Notes under the pieces: model-generated
What the model was told of the DNA's origin: nothing
The model's input: the letters and a program-made list of their open reading frames with translations, nothing else
Database searches by the model: none
Origin: Eledone cirrhosa
Lineage: Eukaryota
DNA: 64,000 nucleotides
Reading direction: 5' to 3'
Assembly (NCBI GenBank): GCA_964016885.1
Contig: OZ024747.1
Location: forward strand, 19,902,001 to 19,966,000
Translations under genes and position numbers: made by a program
Shown here: positions 36,779-51,000 of the stretch, piece by piece
Layout of the letters: each line of letters starts with the position of its first letter
How positions within the stretch are numbered: position 1 is the stretch's first letter

Positions 36779-36990
36779 TTCTTCTTCTTCTTCTTCTTCT
36801 TCTTCTTCTTCTTCTTCTTCTTCTTCTTCTTCTTCTTCTTCTTGATTGGCAGTACCGGTAGAGCATCGTACAACATTTAGTTGCCGTTCTTTACGTTCAC
36901 ACCCCAAATCCCGCCGAGGTTACGCTTGCCTTTCATTATACGGGGTCAATAAAATAAAGTACCAGTCATGCACTGGGGTCGCCTTTCCCC
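36779..36990 (+). mobile_element. (TTC)n tract (36779-36843) followed by a diverged SINE family A copy
   Basis: GATTGGCAGTACCGGTAGAG head and CGGGGTCAATAAAATAAAGTACCAG body. Confidence 0.8.
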
Positions 36991-37024
36991 TCTGTTCAGT
37001 GATTCCTGAGTTATTTTAACCACA

Positions 37025-37415
37025 ACCCATAGTACCGGAGCTGTGATCTCTTAATTCGGAGTAGTAGTGGCTCAAAGTGTAGTGACTTGCTGATCTCCAC
37101 GCTACGCAATTTATTGAGTAACGTTACTCCGAAACCCTCTCAGACGAAACCCTATTCGCGATGGTATTTTGGTCATTCCTCAAGATTTATGACTTTATAT
37201 AAGGGTTGGCACGAATACCGAATACCGATAGCGTGTTTGGCGCTTACACCTATCTCCCTTCAGAATACCAAATACTGAAGCTGGCGCATTACTGAACCAG
37301 CTCCTGCAATTCATGCACTTAATTGACCTACCTCCCCTCCATATCTTGTGGAAAAGGCCCTGAGATACCTGAACTTCTCCAACTGCTTCACTGGAACTCC
37401 ATTCACATGAAAGTA
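37025..37415 (-). pseudogene. Decayed RTE-clade (Rex3/Expander-like) LINE RT C-terminal fragment
   Basis: Manual translation gives VKQLEKFRYL, IAGAGSVMRQL, VFVPTL and GVTLLNKLRSVEISKSLHFEPLLLRIKRSQLRYYG, with stops and frameshifts; not in the ORF track. Confidence 0.7.
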
Positions 37416-38584
37416 CACAAGAAAGGACGAATGTCTCAGTTTAACCCTGATGAAAATCTTCATCTAACTGGAATCAGAATTTACAGGCCAGAAAGGTATA
37501 TTTACGAAAGAATCATTATTTAGTTGATCCACCATATAGACATTGCAACCAATCACCACCAAGTTTAACTTCACCATCCTAGTCAATGGACGAAGCATTA
37601 AATAATGTAGTTCTAGACAGTTAAAATGGCATAGTCATAGTTGGAATGATAATCAAAGTAGGTTTGTTCAATAGATTTTGACGTGGATCTAAACAGCTAC
37701 AATAGTAATAGCACACTACGGAAATTAGTGGCAATTAACTAGATTGTGCATCCGTTTCTCATTGCCATTGTTCAGACTGCGGGAAATAAAAATGACGCAC
37801 AAACAAAAGTTGTAACAACGATATTAGCTAGATCAATGTTGTTTATTTATTTGTGTGACACGCGTTACAAAGAATAGTCAAGCTCAGTAACTAACTGGTA
37901 ATTATATTATTGACATTGAAATTACCATAAGTAAGATTTCAAAGAGATTTGAAATATGAACCTAAATTAAATATAACCAATAAAAGAAACCACGCAATCA
38001 GGTCCACTACAACCTTCGCCAGCCAACCGCGCCATCCCCTTAACAATGAAATTGACAAAATTAGGTTGTTTTCAAATCGTTATACAATTCCATACAAAAT
38101 AACGTTTTGATTAACAGACTTGCAACAAATTGCCCAAATGTTCCAGAAAATGAACACAGCCAAATACCACCCACACAAACACAAACAGACACACACTCAC
38201 ACACTCACATACATACACACATACACATACATACACACACATACACCCAAATACACGCATATATACATATAGTCAGAATCGACAAAGATGATTCAAAATA
38301 GATTCCTAGGTTATTTGTAATTTTCTGGATGGTTAGTTTTCGATTAAGTGTATTTTTTTTTATTGCTTTCACATTTTTTTTGGCTTTTCATCTACGTCGT
38401 ATATTCTAGGTGATCACTTTATATGGAGATAAACATTGATTACCATCTTAACTCTATGGCAGTTTATTTGAAAATGTTTCATCCAATGATATATTGCTGT
38501 CTTACAGAATAACTTGGCGTTGTCTGTGTTGATGGTAATGACATTGACAATGTTTATTGGACTTTGTTAATGGTGTTTTATTTC

Positions 38585-38970
38585 TACGCAGCCCGATCGA
38601 CATAAGCCAGGCGTTTTACATCACTTCTGTCAGGGTAAATGGTAATGGGTAAAGACCTCCTTCGGCCGCGAATGAACATGGAATTTCCATCGAGAAAGTT
38701 CCCCTCCGAGACACAAGTCTGAGCAAGAGTGTTTGTGGAAGACCAGCAGCTGCTCATGCATAGCAGTCTCACCTCTCCACACTACTTATGTTGTCCAGGG
38801 GAAAGGAAAATGCTGATACATATTGGCACTAATGACGTCGCTACTCATTCTCACAGCTGCGAAAAGTGAAGCAATGTGAAATAAAGTGTCTTACTCAAGG
38901 ACACAACGCATCACCCGGTCCGGGAATCGAACTCACAACCGTACGATTGAATCACAAACGGTCTAACCAC
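38585..38970 (-). mobile_element. tRNA-derived SINE sharing its head with family B but with a different, longer body
   Basis: Minus strand GAGTTCGATTCCCGGACCGGGTGATGCGTTGTGTCCTTGAGTAAGACACTTTATTTCAC matches 34232-34290. Confidence 0.75.
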
Positions 38971-39016
38971 CAAATAAGACTACAAAATATGCATGTTTAT
39001 GTATGTACGTATGTAT

Positions 39017-42000
39017 GTTCTTCTGGTTTTATAATTTCCCAAAGTTTTACCAATAGAGAGAGAGTCGATTTCTAACATAGACACAAGACTCTCTCATTAG
39101 AATTTACACATCAACTAGGTAGATATGTATGTATGCATGCATGTGTAGATATGGATGTTATTGTATGTGTGGATGTGGATGTTTTGAGTTGTATGTGTGC
39201 ATGTGTATATGCTTTGCATCTGTATATGTGTATATGCAGTTATTAGATGCAACATTTTTGGAATGTTTTACATATTTTTACTGTTTCATTAATGGATTGT
39301 ACTTGTAATTTCCTAACTAGTTGTGTTTTTTCTGTTCCTGTGAAGCCTAGTTTCTCAAGATTTGTATTCAGGCAGTTACTAACATATCCCAGTGCCCCAA
39401 TAATCACAGGCATAAATCTGAAGGTGTAATCAGGGTGGAGTATCGGCAGATTTCTCATCACTTCTGCATAAATGTTCTACTTTTCACTAATCTTTGATAT
39501 TATATTGGCATCTGCTGGGCAGCTAATTTCCACTACTGTGCATGCTTTCTTCTCCCTGTCCCATATCATAATATCTGGTCTGATTTGCCTGCATTTTATT
39601 GGTGTTTTTACTGGAACATTCCACCAGTACTCTTTCATATTATGTACATGGATCTCTTCCACATTGCTGTAGCTTTTAATGTGCTTATTATCGGGGCTAT
39701 CTTTTTTACGAACTGCATTGTACAGTGTTTTGGCCACTACATCATGCCTCATAGGTAGATAGTACCGCGATGACATCTTTGGACAGCTGCTGATGACATG
39801 GGTGATATCCTCGATGTTAGTTCTGCAGAGTCTGCACTTGTTATCACATCTAGGTCTTTTGTCTGCATCCCTATCTCTTTTGTGAATCAGGTTTTTCGTG
39901 TTAATCTCCTGTTCCTGGATTGAAAAACCGTATCCTTCAAAGTGGGAGCCAATATAGCGGTTGTTGGTCCAAGATAGACTACTTTCCTTATCTATATTAC
40001 TCTCACTCTGGAGCTTCCTGGCAACATATCCATGCATAAATTTTTGCTGATAGGCATGCAGCTTCTCATCCAAGGATTCACTGCGATACTGCTGAGTGAC
40101 ATCCCTGGGTGTGAGTTTTTGATTATCAGACAGGGAATATCTCTCGAGGAGTTATTTCCCAACTCTCATGATCTTATCTGTTTCATGCAGATAGACTTGC
40201 TCGAGAAACGGGCTCCTACGCTTCGAGGTTCGTAGATGTTGTCGGAGAGATATGATGCGGCATTCAAATGTTGTCTGGACAGATGTTAGGCCTCTGCCTC
40301 CCTGCTTACGTTTCAAGTAAAGGCGGTCTATGTCACTGTTGATGTAGAAGTTTCCGGTGTTGTTCAGTATTTTTCGAGTTCCAACATCAACTGCTCGGAT
40401 TTCGTCTATCGTCCAATTGAGTATTCCAAACGTTGGTGTTAGGACAGGCACAGCAAACACATTGTGAGCCACTGTTTTGTTTTGCGCAGAAAGTTCCGAT
40501 GGCCAGATCTTTCTTAATCGGGTGTAGTATTCCCTGGTTACGCGTTCTTTATTACAGATACCATTATAGGATATGTTCTCATCTATCCCCAGATATCTGT
40601 AGCAGTCATCATCAGATATCGGTGAAACAGTTAGGCCATTGATGACAATGTTGCTAGATTGGGTTGTTGTTCTTCCCGCTTTACAGTAATGTATGAGCAT
40701 TTATCTTGGCCATTCCTATATCCTTTGAGAACGTTGTAACCAGGTCAAGATTTTTCTTCAGATCGTCCACAAAGAAATTATGGGTTAGGTTCGTATTTAT
40801 GTCCTCCTGTGAGCCAATAATGTATCCCTCACATTTCTTGAGCAGAAAGGACAGGGGCTTTAATGACAAGATGAATAATATCACAGAGAGACTGTCCCCC
40901 TGAAATATACCCCTGCAATATTTTATTTTATCAGTGAAAATAGAGTCCTACCTCTCTGTCTTTAACCTTAGGATAGTAGCCCAAGAAGAAGACAGCCTCT
41001 CTATGGCTCTGACAATAATGTCTGGGACTTTAGCAAGTTGGAGGGCCTCTATCATCCAAGAGTGGGGAACAGAATCGAAAGCTTTCCTGTAGTCCAGCCA
41101 GACTGTAGTCATATTCCTCCTAAGTTGTCGTACCTCCGACATCGCAATTTTGTTGTTCAGCACATCCCCAAACCCCATTCTTTCCTGCTGCTTGTTCATC
41201 TGTGATGATGTTATTATTTTCCCAGTGATCTTCGAGGAATAGGTTCAGGCAGTCTGTATACATCTTATACATCAGGTTCTGGCATGCAATGGGTCGGCAG
41301 TTTTCTGCCAAGTGGGTGTCTTTGTTCTTGGGGACCAGTAATGTTTGTGCTAATGTCAACCACTCTGGTATAAGTGTATCTCCCTTAAGAACTTGTTGGT
41401 AGAGGTCAGTAAGATACCTCCGATAGAATATCAGTTTTTTGTACCAGTAGCCGACAATCATGTCTCTTCCTCGTGTATTCTTATCTTGGAGTTTTCCTAT
41501 CACAGTCTCAAGGGTACCCTCACTTATTTCGTATGTTTTTGTTGTTGTGTAGGAGCAATAGTTCTTTCGGATTTCTCTTAGCCACAGTGCATCTTGGTTG
41601 AAATTATTCTTCTCACCCCATATTTTGCTCCAAAAGGAATCTATGTCTTTCTGGGACGGGGCCTCAGTGACACTTATTATTTTGCCCTTCATATCTCTAT
41701 AGACTGATGTTTGGTTTCGTCTCAATCTTTTATTAAGCACTTTTCTCTCTTAACCTTCTTCAGGTATCGGCGTTTTTCGCTAACAGCTCTCAATTCTTGT
41801 TTGAGGCTGATCAGCTTATATTGGAGAGTTCTGGCTTTACTGTTACCAAACATCGTCTCTATTTTATTTTTCACTTTTTGTTGGTGAGGAGTGAGGTTTT
41901 TTTGTGTTTGTTTGCATGTAAGGAGCATTGTCACATATCCTATGTTTTTTCGTAGGTTATCAATCTTTTTTTCTATTTTAGTTATATATGATGGTATTTT

Positions 42001-42022
42001 TGGTGGTGTTTTGTTCTTGTTA
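39017..42022 (-). mobile_element. 5'-truncated RLE-type non-LTR retrotransposon (R4/Dong-like): RT, CCHC finger and restriction-like endonuclease; frameshifted
   Basis: CRPIACQNLMYK, WLDYRKAFDSVPHSW, FQGDSLS, FFVDDLK, YRYLG, RLYLKRKQGGRGL, CRLC..THVISSC, RHDVV and RPDIMIWD..VEISCP; (TATG)n at both junctions. Confidence 0.9.
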
Positions 42023-42282
42023 TGTATGTATGTATGATATGTACGATATAAAACCCGCGCCTCAGTAGTTACCGATGATGTTGATCTTTTCTTCTTTTCG
42101 GGTTATAGCTACTGTCGCTCAGGGAGTGGGATTGGTTCAGTGCACAGCCTTTTCTCACTTTAAAAATATCTTCACGCACAGGCATTGCACGATAGAATTG
42201 ATTAATAATTATTAATAATTGTATATCGTGAAATGGCCATACTCGATAACGAGGGGGCAGCCATCATCATGTATGTATATAT

Positions 42283-42315
42283 GCTCTTCTGGTTTTATAA
42301 TTTCACAAATGTTTG
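42283..42315 (-). mobile_element. Second, very short 3' end of the same R4/Dong-like family
   Basis: TCTTCTGGTTTTATAATTTC identical to 39019-39038, again between TATG repeats. Confidence 0.75.
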
Positions 42316-42480
42316 ATGTATGTATGTATGTATGTATGTATGTATGTATGTATGTATGTATGTATGTATGTATGTATGTATGTACGTATGTATGTATGTA
42401 TGTATGTGTGTATGTATGTATGTATGCATGAATGTATGTATGTGTGTATCTTCGAATGTATGTATGTGTATGTATGTATA
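42316..42480. repeat. (TATG)n microsatellite
   Basis: Direct reading. Confidence 0.95.
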
Positions 42481-43803
42481 TAAGTAGGTATGTGTGGATG
42501 GATGGACAGAGGCATGGATAGATGTGTGGAAGAAAGGAGAGATAGACTGGTGGATAGATGGAGAGATGGAGTGGTGGATAGATGGAGAGATTGATAGAGG
42601 GAGGGATGACGGGAATTAGTGAGGTAGTAACGGATGGACGGAGGTTTATACGGTATTAACCATAACACTTATCAGGACCACCATGGAAGGGATGAATGGA
42701 TCTATCCTCAAAACATGAAATCTGGTAAAATATCGATTTTCCGGCTGGTGGTATTATATCGGATTTGAATTAAATATTGCAAGACCTTAGTCATTTAATT
42801 TTTATTGTATCGATCCCGAAATGATAATAGGCAAAGTTGACCTCAACAGAAAAGAGTCGAGGCAAATAGCGCTATTTTTTTTTTATACCTAATTTCTAAT
42901 TATTGCACCAATCCATCAGTTTTTATTAAGAGGTGTTTCTGCTATTTCTACCAGGTGTAATGATCACACTGAGACTTCTTAATTCTCATCTCTCATGCAA
43001 CTTGTTGCTGCTAAAACTTGTTCGAAACATTCATGAAAATGTTTTTCTATCCTCAATTTGTTATCATAGATGCTCTACAGTTTTGGACAATCTTTATAAA
43101 TGTCATTATCAACAAATACATTTGCCGTTACATAGAGATTTCGTAACGCTGCACTGCTATCAAATAGCACGAGCGAGAAATGATTTGCTTCTGGAAAATA
43201 TTAATATTGCTACATTAAATATAACATATTACAGTTCACTGCTCCCATATTAACATGTTTTAGAACAAATGACTTTGCATTTTGCGAGAGTAAATAGAGA
43301 TTTAATGTAGATATGCGTGTTTCTGTTTTTATTAAACATATATGTTTGGCTCCTGTATGAAAAGTAGAGCCCGAGGATAATTTTTATAGTGAGGCTAAAA
43401 ACGAGTATCTATTGAATTCATACACTCCTAGGTCTTCCATTGCTATTTGTCAAAGAGCCCAGTGTATTACTTCAATTAATTAATAATATGTAAATGAATG
43501 ATGTAAGAGGATAGTGTTAAAAAGTCAGTGTACAAAATGCTAAATAATACATGAGAAGTTTAAAAAAAACTATATGATTGCATAATCATTATAATTTTGA
43601 CTTAAACCAGACCATGTCTAACTTAATAGCACCATGTTATGTATGTGGGGAAGGGTATTACTTTTCCTTTAAGTCCAATAACTAGTAAACAGATTTTCTA
43701 TATACTGGAATCTTACGTAAATGGCATTCTTTTTCTACCCCTATCTTTACACATCATGTCATTTGTTGTAAATTCCGTCAGAGCACAGGGAGAAGTTATT
43801 ATT

Positions 43804-44225
43804 GGCGGTGGATTGGCAGTATCAGTAGAGGGTCGGACACCATACTTTGCAGCATAGAGTTACGGCCCTTTATGGTCTGAGTTCAAATCACGCCGCGGTT
43901 AACTTTGCCTTTCATCCTTACGGGTTCGATAAAATAAAGTACCAGTAATACACTAGTTAATTGCTGGCCTTGTGCCAAAAGTAGAAACAATTATTATTGT
44001 TGGTGAGGGTGGTGGATTGTCAGTATTGGTTGGTTGCCGGACAACATGCTGTGTAGCATAGAGTTATGGCCTTTCACGTTCAGATCCTGGCGAGGTTAGC
44101 TTTGCCTTTCATCCTTAGAGGGTCGATAAAAGAAAGTACCAGTAATGCAATGGAGTCGATTTAATCAACTTTCCCTTTCCCCAAAATTGCTGGCCTTGTG
44201 CCTAAAGTAGAAACAATTATTATTT
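43804..44225 (+). mobile_element. Two tandem SINE family A copies (43804-43997, 44007-44225)
   Basis: Consensus match. Confidence 0.9.
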
Positions 44226-45921
44226 CTATTACCATTACTTATGCTCCGTGACAATATCGACTGCTCCTTAGAGGAATCGGTTGCTATATTTGCGGATAGC
44301 AGAAGTGTGTTGAGACCCACATATTCTGGGAAAATCTTAAGTAGCTTTGATTGCTCCATTTACTACTCTTGTGTGTGTGCACATGCATACACACACACAC
44401 ACAGATATATTTGCATATTAGTTGTATTCTTACCATACTATAATCCTTTTTGTCGCTTACATTTCCCTCCCTATGTTCTTTCCAAGCGGTTACGAATCTA
44501 CAAATTTTCATAGTATTAAATTCTACCTTATATTAAATTCTACCTTTCTCACTTTAATTCATTAATTTCTATAATCTCCTCTTTACGTTTTAACAAATTC
44601 TTTACGATATAAATTATTTTCTAGTTTCATTTCTCATTATTATTTATAAAGTTATAGAAATTACAATTCCAAATTCTCCCCCCCCCCTTCTCTCTCTCTT
44701 TCTCTACCATCTCTCTCTGTGAAACAGACGCACAAACATAATCTCTGTGTGTATACACTCTGCGTATAGTATACACGCGCGTCCAAAACACACACACATG
44801 AATATTTATAGATATGTATTTATATATATATATTTATATATACATACGTATATATACATATATATATTTATACATGCATACACACACACACACACATATA
44901 CATACATACAAATAAACATACATACATACATACATACATACATACATACATACATACATACATACATACATACATACATACATACATACGAACTACGTGA
45001 TTGCAAAGGGAAGTTCTAAACCACGCAACAATTGAAAACAAAATATTCATGGAGTATATGGCACAGCTATTCAATGATCTCTTCCCATTGAATTAAATGA
45101 AATCATATGTTGTAATTTTCAGTCATGATCTTTAACAATTGATGTAGATTAACTTTTTTGCTGTTCAGAATTTAGATTATTATCACATCAAACAGTGTTC
45201 AATTTTGAAATGTTTGTAATCAATGAATGATTCATATAAATAAAATAAAAAAAAACAAATTTTAAATTCATTTGTTAACCAAACCGTCTGGAAATTTTGA
45301 TATGTATGCTGTCTACGTTCATTGACTCAGGAATAATGGTAGCGTGTAAGACCAAGTGACTTGTCGTAATTTATCTGGATCTCCGTAGCCTGGGTTCTCC
45401 TACTGCTTGTAGATCGTGATACAACTGTCATTTCCACCAGACGTGTGACCTTTTGGACGATCCAACGCTCAGCTAAAGGTAACAGCAAATTCTTCTCCAA
45501 AATTAGACCCGCCATCTTTATGAAAAGATATTATTTAATTAACTTTTAAAACGCACCGAAAATCAGATTGAAATGTTATCTTTTACATAGGTCTATTTCA
45601 TCAAGCATAACATGAGTTTTCCCATTAACAATGACTATGGGATGTTGTATAAGCCTTGATAATTTGTAAGGCATAGTTTCAGTAGTGTTACATTTTTGCC
45701 CATATCTTTCAGTTTTGAAGTAACCATGTGCAATAAAAGTATATTTTATTACTTTCTCAAACAAGAGTGTGACTCTTTAATAAGGTACCTCGTTAGTTTA
45801 CAAGATATTGTCTTTCGATATTTGGTGGGTGAGGATTGTTTTGTTACATTTGTCAGCTAATTATGTGGAAAGTTGTACTCGAATATATACCATCATGTGA
45901 CCCGAACTGATTAACGCATTG

Positions 45922-46073
<152 letters not shown>

Positions 46074-46217
46074 GTAAAATATCGGTGGGTGGGAAAAGGT
46101 TAAAATGTGTATGTATTTTCTTTCTATATCAAGCGTTAAACTGAAGCATTTCTTCATGACACTGTACTCTTTGCTCTATTTTTTCCGTTTACTTTTTGCA
46201 TAATGACACACATACAC

Positions 46218-46288
<71 letters not shown>

Positions 46289-47038
46289 TGTATGTGACTG
46301 AGATTGTGTGTGTGTGTGCGTGCGTGTGTGTGTTTGTGTGTGTGTGTGTGCGCGTATGTGTGTCTGTGTGTGTCTGCGTGTGTTTGCGCCATTGTTTTTG
46401 TATATATATGTAGTATTTTCGAAATAAAACTATAATGAACATCCATCGATATTTATACTTTAATATATGCACTATTATAGATTTGATTTCAATTTGTAAT
46501 GCATGCGTTGTAATGAAACGATTTTGGCAACATCATGAGTTTCGAATTTACCAGAGAACAGTTTCGTATATCATACGTTCCAAAAATGCCAGAGGATATT
46601 TTCATAAATTTTCAGCTTTGTCGCGTAGAAATATTTTTCCAATCATAACGCGATTTACTTTCGCCTGAAAGCCCATATTGTTTAAAATATTTTGTGTTTC
46701 ATCCTGCTTTTTCTTTCTGATCTTTTTCTCTTAAACTTATTTATTCAACTATTTTTATTTATAAAATAATTCGTACATAAATATAGCTCATATGAATTTT
46801 TAAATACGATATTTGTTCACATTCTGCACCCCCTACCTTTATTGTCAGAGCGTTACAGTAAAGTTTTTATTGATGACATTTTTATTAAGAATTCCATGCA
46901 TTCACGTAAGTATTATATTTATGACGAATCCACGTGACGCCACGATACCGAACAATATATTTGGCCATGTGTATGTGCCTGTTGTTATTTGTCACACTTT
47001 GTATAACGAATTGTGTATATAAACACACTCATATATAC

Positions 47039-47154
<116 letters not shown>

Positions 47155-47586
47155 TACCAACCTCTTATTTTAAATAACAAATCCAAACATTGTGAAGATC
47201 CTACAGAGTGAGTGGTACTCATTTCCTTGACTTCAAACGTCAACATATTTGTCTCTGCTTTTTCTTATATGTTGGAATCTATTGTGTCTTTCATAACACT
47301 GTAGTTGAACTACGTATTTTCTCGTACACTAATATAAACTGAAATTTTGTGAGAACAAAAAATACGAAATCACGAAAGTATTTCAAGGAAAAGTACGTTG
47401 ATATGATCACAATACTTTTGTTTAAAATTCATGTGCATTTGGTTCCTGCTGCTTGATATTCAGTAATAATTATATCTGTTTGTTATGGTACACTTACACA
47501 CGTGCAAAAAATAAATGTATTGGTGGTATATATGTCTTTATGTGCAGATTTATGCACATATTAATGTAAAAATTTGTATGAATGTA

Positions 47587-47670
<84 letters not shown>

Positions 47671-47679
47671 TATATTCAT

Positions 47680-47743
<64 letters not shown>

Positions 47744-47884
47744 GGGACTGGTATGCATGTAGTCAAGTCAACATATAGTCGAAGTAAACAAGCATTGTTA
47801 AGTTGCAGACAGACTGTAAAGATCGTATAGATTTATTGACACGCACACATACATATTATATATATTATATATATATATATATAC

Positions 47885-47939
<55 letters not shown>

Positions 47940-47944
<5 letters not shown>

Positions 47945-48031
47945 GTAATCTGAGTTTCTCGAATATTAATAATAACATTCGAAATACTCAGATTACATTT
48001 ATTGTATTCAGCCATGTAGAGCGAACATTTT

Positions 48032-48035
<4 letters not shown>
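47940..48035 (+). mobile_element. Tiny fold-back element (hairpin 47941-48000) plus a tail of about 35 bp, within (TA)n
   Basis: AAATGTAATCTGAGT..TCGAAT / ATTCGA..ACTCAGATTACATTT. Confidence 0.7.
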
Positions 48036-48119
<84 letters not shown>

Positions 48120-48123
<4 letters not shown>

Positions 48124-48329
48124 AGAAAAACCACAGACCCTCCATCTCAACTCTACTTTTGAAAAGCAGAAGAACTGCGAAACCGGTAAAGGGACCAAAT
48201 AAATATATATATTTAAAAAAAAATAAGACTCCAGTTGCATTTTCGATTTCATCTTTTTTTCTTCATACTTTCACTCGTGTAGGACACCTCGGTTATTTTT
48301 CATTTTGTAAAAAAACCTCACTTTCTAAT
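48120..48329 (+). mobile_element. Family G element with a U3-A8 hammerhead variant at 48156-48191
   Basis: Near-identical to 26213-26428. Confidence 0.8.
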
Positions 48330-48350
48330 ATATATATATATGTATATATA

Positions 48351-48541
48351 AATAATTGTTTCTACTTTAGGCACAAGGCCAGCAATTACCCAGTGAATTA
48401 CTGGTACTTTATTTTATCGACCCCGTAAGGATGAAAGGCAAAGTCCACCTCGGCGGGATTTGAACTCAGATCGTAAAGGGACGTAACTATGCTGGAAAGA
48501 TTGGCGTCCGACCCTCTACCGATACTGCCAATCTCCCGCCC
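48351..48541 (-). mobile_element. SINE family A, full length
   Basis: Reverse complement of the consensus. Confidence 0.9.
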
Positions 48542-48598
48542 TTATATATATATAAATAATAAATTCCTGCAGAGACACAACACACTAACGCATTACAA

Positions 48599-48647
<49 letters not shown>

Positions 48648-48825
48648 CCACTTTTTTTAAGTAAAAAGAATTCAAACACAAACTGGCGCGAAAGCTGATG
48701 TGCTTATTCACGTGAATGCATCAACCAACCAAACTTCACTCATATATGAAAAAACAATCTGAGCCCCCCAGTCAAGTTTGCAATTTTCAACTGAAAATTG
48801 CAAACTTGAGTGTCACCACACGTTA

Positions 48826-48864
48826 TGAACCTGAAGATTGCGAAACCATGAAAGTACTTGTTCA
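48826..48864 (+). ncRNA. Minimal hammerhead motif inside a (TA)n-flanked insert (about 48647-48980)
   Basis: tgaac CTGAAGA ttgcgaaaccat GAAAG TA CTT gttca; 5-bp stem I, weak stem II. Confidence 0.7.
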
Positions 48865-48976
48865 ATTTACACTTAACATTTAATATTCTACCATACTATT
48901 TCATTCTAATACCATTATAAATTTTAAAGGATTGTAAATAAAACGAGTAAATCAGACACAGTTGGAATTCCTTTTA

Positions 48977-49024
<48 letters not shown>

Positions 49025-49389
49025 TACTTATATTTATCCTTATATATAGGTAGAAGAGAGGTGAGCAACACTGCGTAAATAGGTTCGTTATTAATTAAGA
49101 TATGAAGTGTATTTGATGGGTATAGAGCATTTCTCACCATATAACAATTTCTATTTATGCATATATACATTTATCGTACACTTCGGCAGCTACTGCACAT
49201 CCTACTATATCTATTAATCAATTAGCAACCCGAGTATAATACTAAGTGCGAATGGGTATATATATATACACATTAAATACATGATTCTTTCTCTTCGATT
49301 GGATGCTATACACTTTCTAATTCACCTGTAATTTCTAATTTCAGACCCAATGAAATAGTTCTAGACCTGTAGAAAACATTTCTATATTA

Positions 49390-49565
49390 AATAATTGTTT
49401 CTACTTTTGGCACAAGGCCAGCAATTATCTCAGTGTATTACTGTTACTTTATTTTATCGACCCCGTAAGGATGAAAGGCAAAGTTAACCTCGGAGCGATT
49501 TGAACTCAGATCATAAAGGGCAGCAACTCTATGCTGCAAAGCATGGCGTCCGACCCTCTACCGAT
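49390..49565 (-). mobile_element. SINE family A
   Basis: Reverse complement of the consensus. Confidence 0.9.
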
Positions 49566-49597
49566 TATTAAATAATTATGTATATGTATATACATAA

Positions 49598-49689
<92 letters not shown>

Positions 49690-49693
<4 letters not shown>

Positions 49694-49778
49694 CGGAGGA
49701 GGTGTCGTAAGGAACCAGATGGACCATAACGCACCAAAGTACTCAATACTTAGGGTAGTAGAGGTGGTAATAAGAAAA
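49690..49778 (-). mobile_element. Family C tail-only copy
   Basis: GTAAGGAACCAGATGGACCATAACGCACCAAAGTACTCAATACTTAGGGTAGTAGAG next to (TA)n. Confidence 0.8.
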
Positions 49779-49853
49779 GTGCGTGTGTGTGTATATATAT
49801 ATACTTTCGGTAAACATGTTGACTAAAAGGGGTTGCTCTCCCCCCTCTCTCTC

Positions 49854-49949
<96 letters not shown>

Positions 49950-50699
49950 TATATTTATGAATTCCAGTGTGCTTCATTAAGCGTTTAAAATTTAAACTAA
50001 AATACACTCGATTCATATGATTATTTGTAAATGCATTTGATGCAATATTTACACGATTATGTTTGACCTGGGACCAAACAACATCAATAATTAACATCAA
50101 CAGCCAGGACACAGGCAATACTGTTAATGGCAACATAACCAACAGCAAAGCTATAATTCAACCACATCAAATCTACAACGAAGCAATAGCTGTAGCAACA
50201 TCAGACAAGAAACATTAACATCTATTTAAACACTACTTAATCAAAAACTAATGCAACAAGAAAAAAAACATTATTAACGATACCTAAAAAAATTTCAACC
50301 CTTCATGAAAATACTTCTAATGATATCCAATATAGCAATAAAATCTGATAACCATTATGATCACAACCACCAGCATCTTTATTATCATCTCATTTACACC
50401 CATCATTTTCATTATGACCATCATCATCACTTTCATCATGTCTATTACCACTAATATATAAAGAAGAATAACTACAACAGTTACATGAGGCACACTAAAT
50501 ATCTCAAAATTCAACTGACAGTTGATTAAAAGCCATAATTACATGTAATAGGTGTGCATCAATATCTGCAACGTTGCACAACATGTGGCACATATTTAGT
50601 ATACCTGCATCTATAACCTTGTCAATATATATTAATGTGAACGTTTCGACATAGTCTTGATTATGTTGTTGTTGACGATGATGATGTTGATAATGTTGT

Positions 50700-50762
<63 letters not shown>

Positions 50763-50810
50763 CAATCACTATCATCATTATCATCGTCATCAATATAAAC
50801 ATTATCTCTG

Positions 50811-51000
50811 AGGGTGGATTGGCAGTGTCGTTAGAGGATCGGACGCCATGCTTTGACGTATAGAGTTACGGCCCTTGCCATTCTGAGTTCAAATCCCGCC
50901 GAGGTTAAATTTGCCTTTCATCCTTACGGAGTCGATAAAATAAAGTACCAGTAATGTACTGGATAACTACTGGCCTTGTGCCAAAAGTAGAAACAATTAT
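50811..51000 (+). mobile_element. SINE family A, preceded by (GAT)n at 50676-50762
   Basis: Consensus match. Confidence 0.9.
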
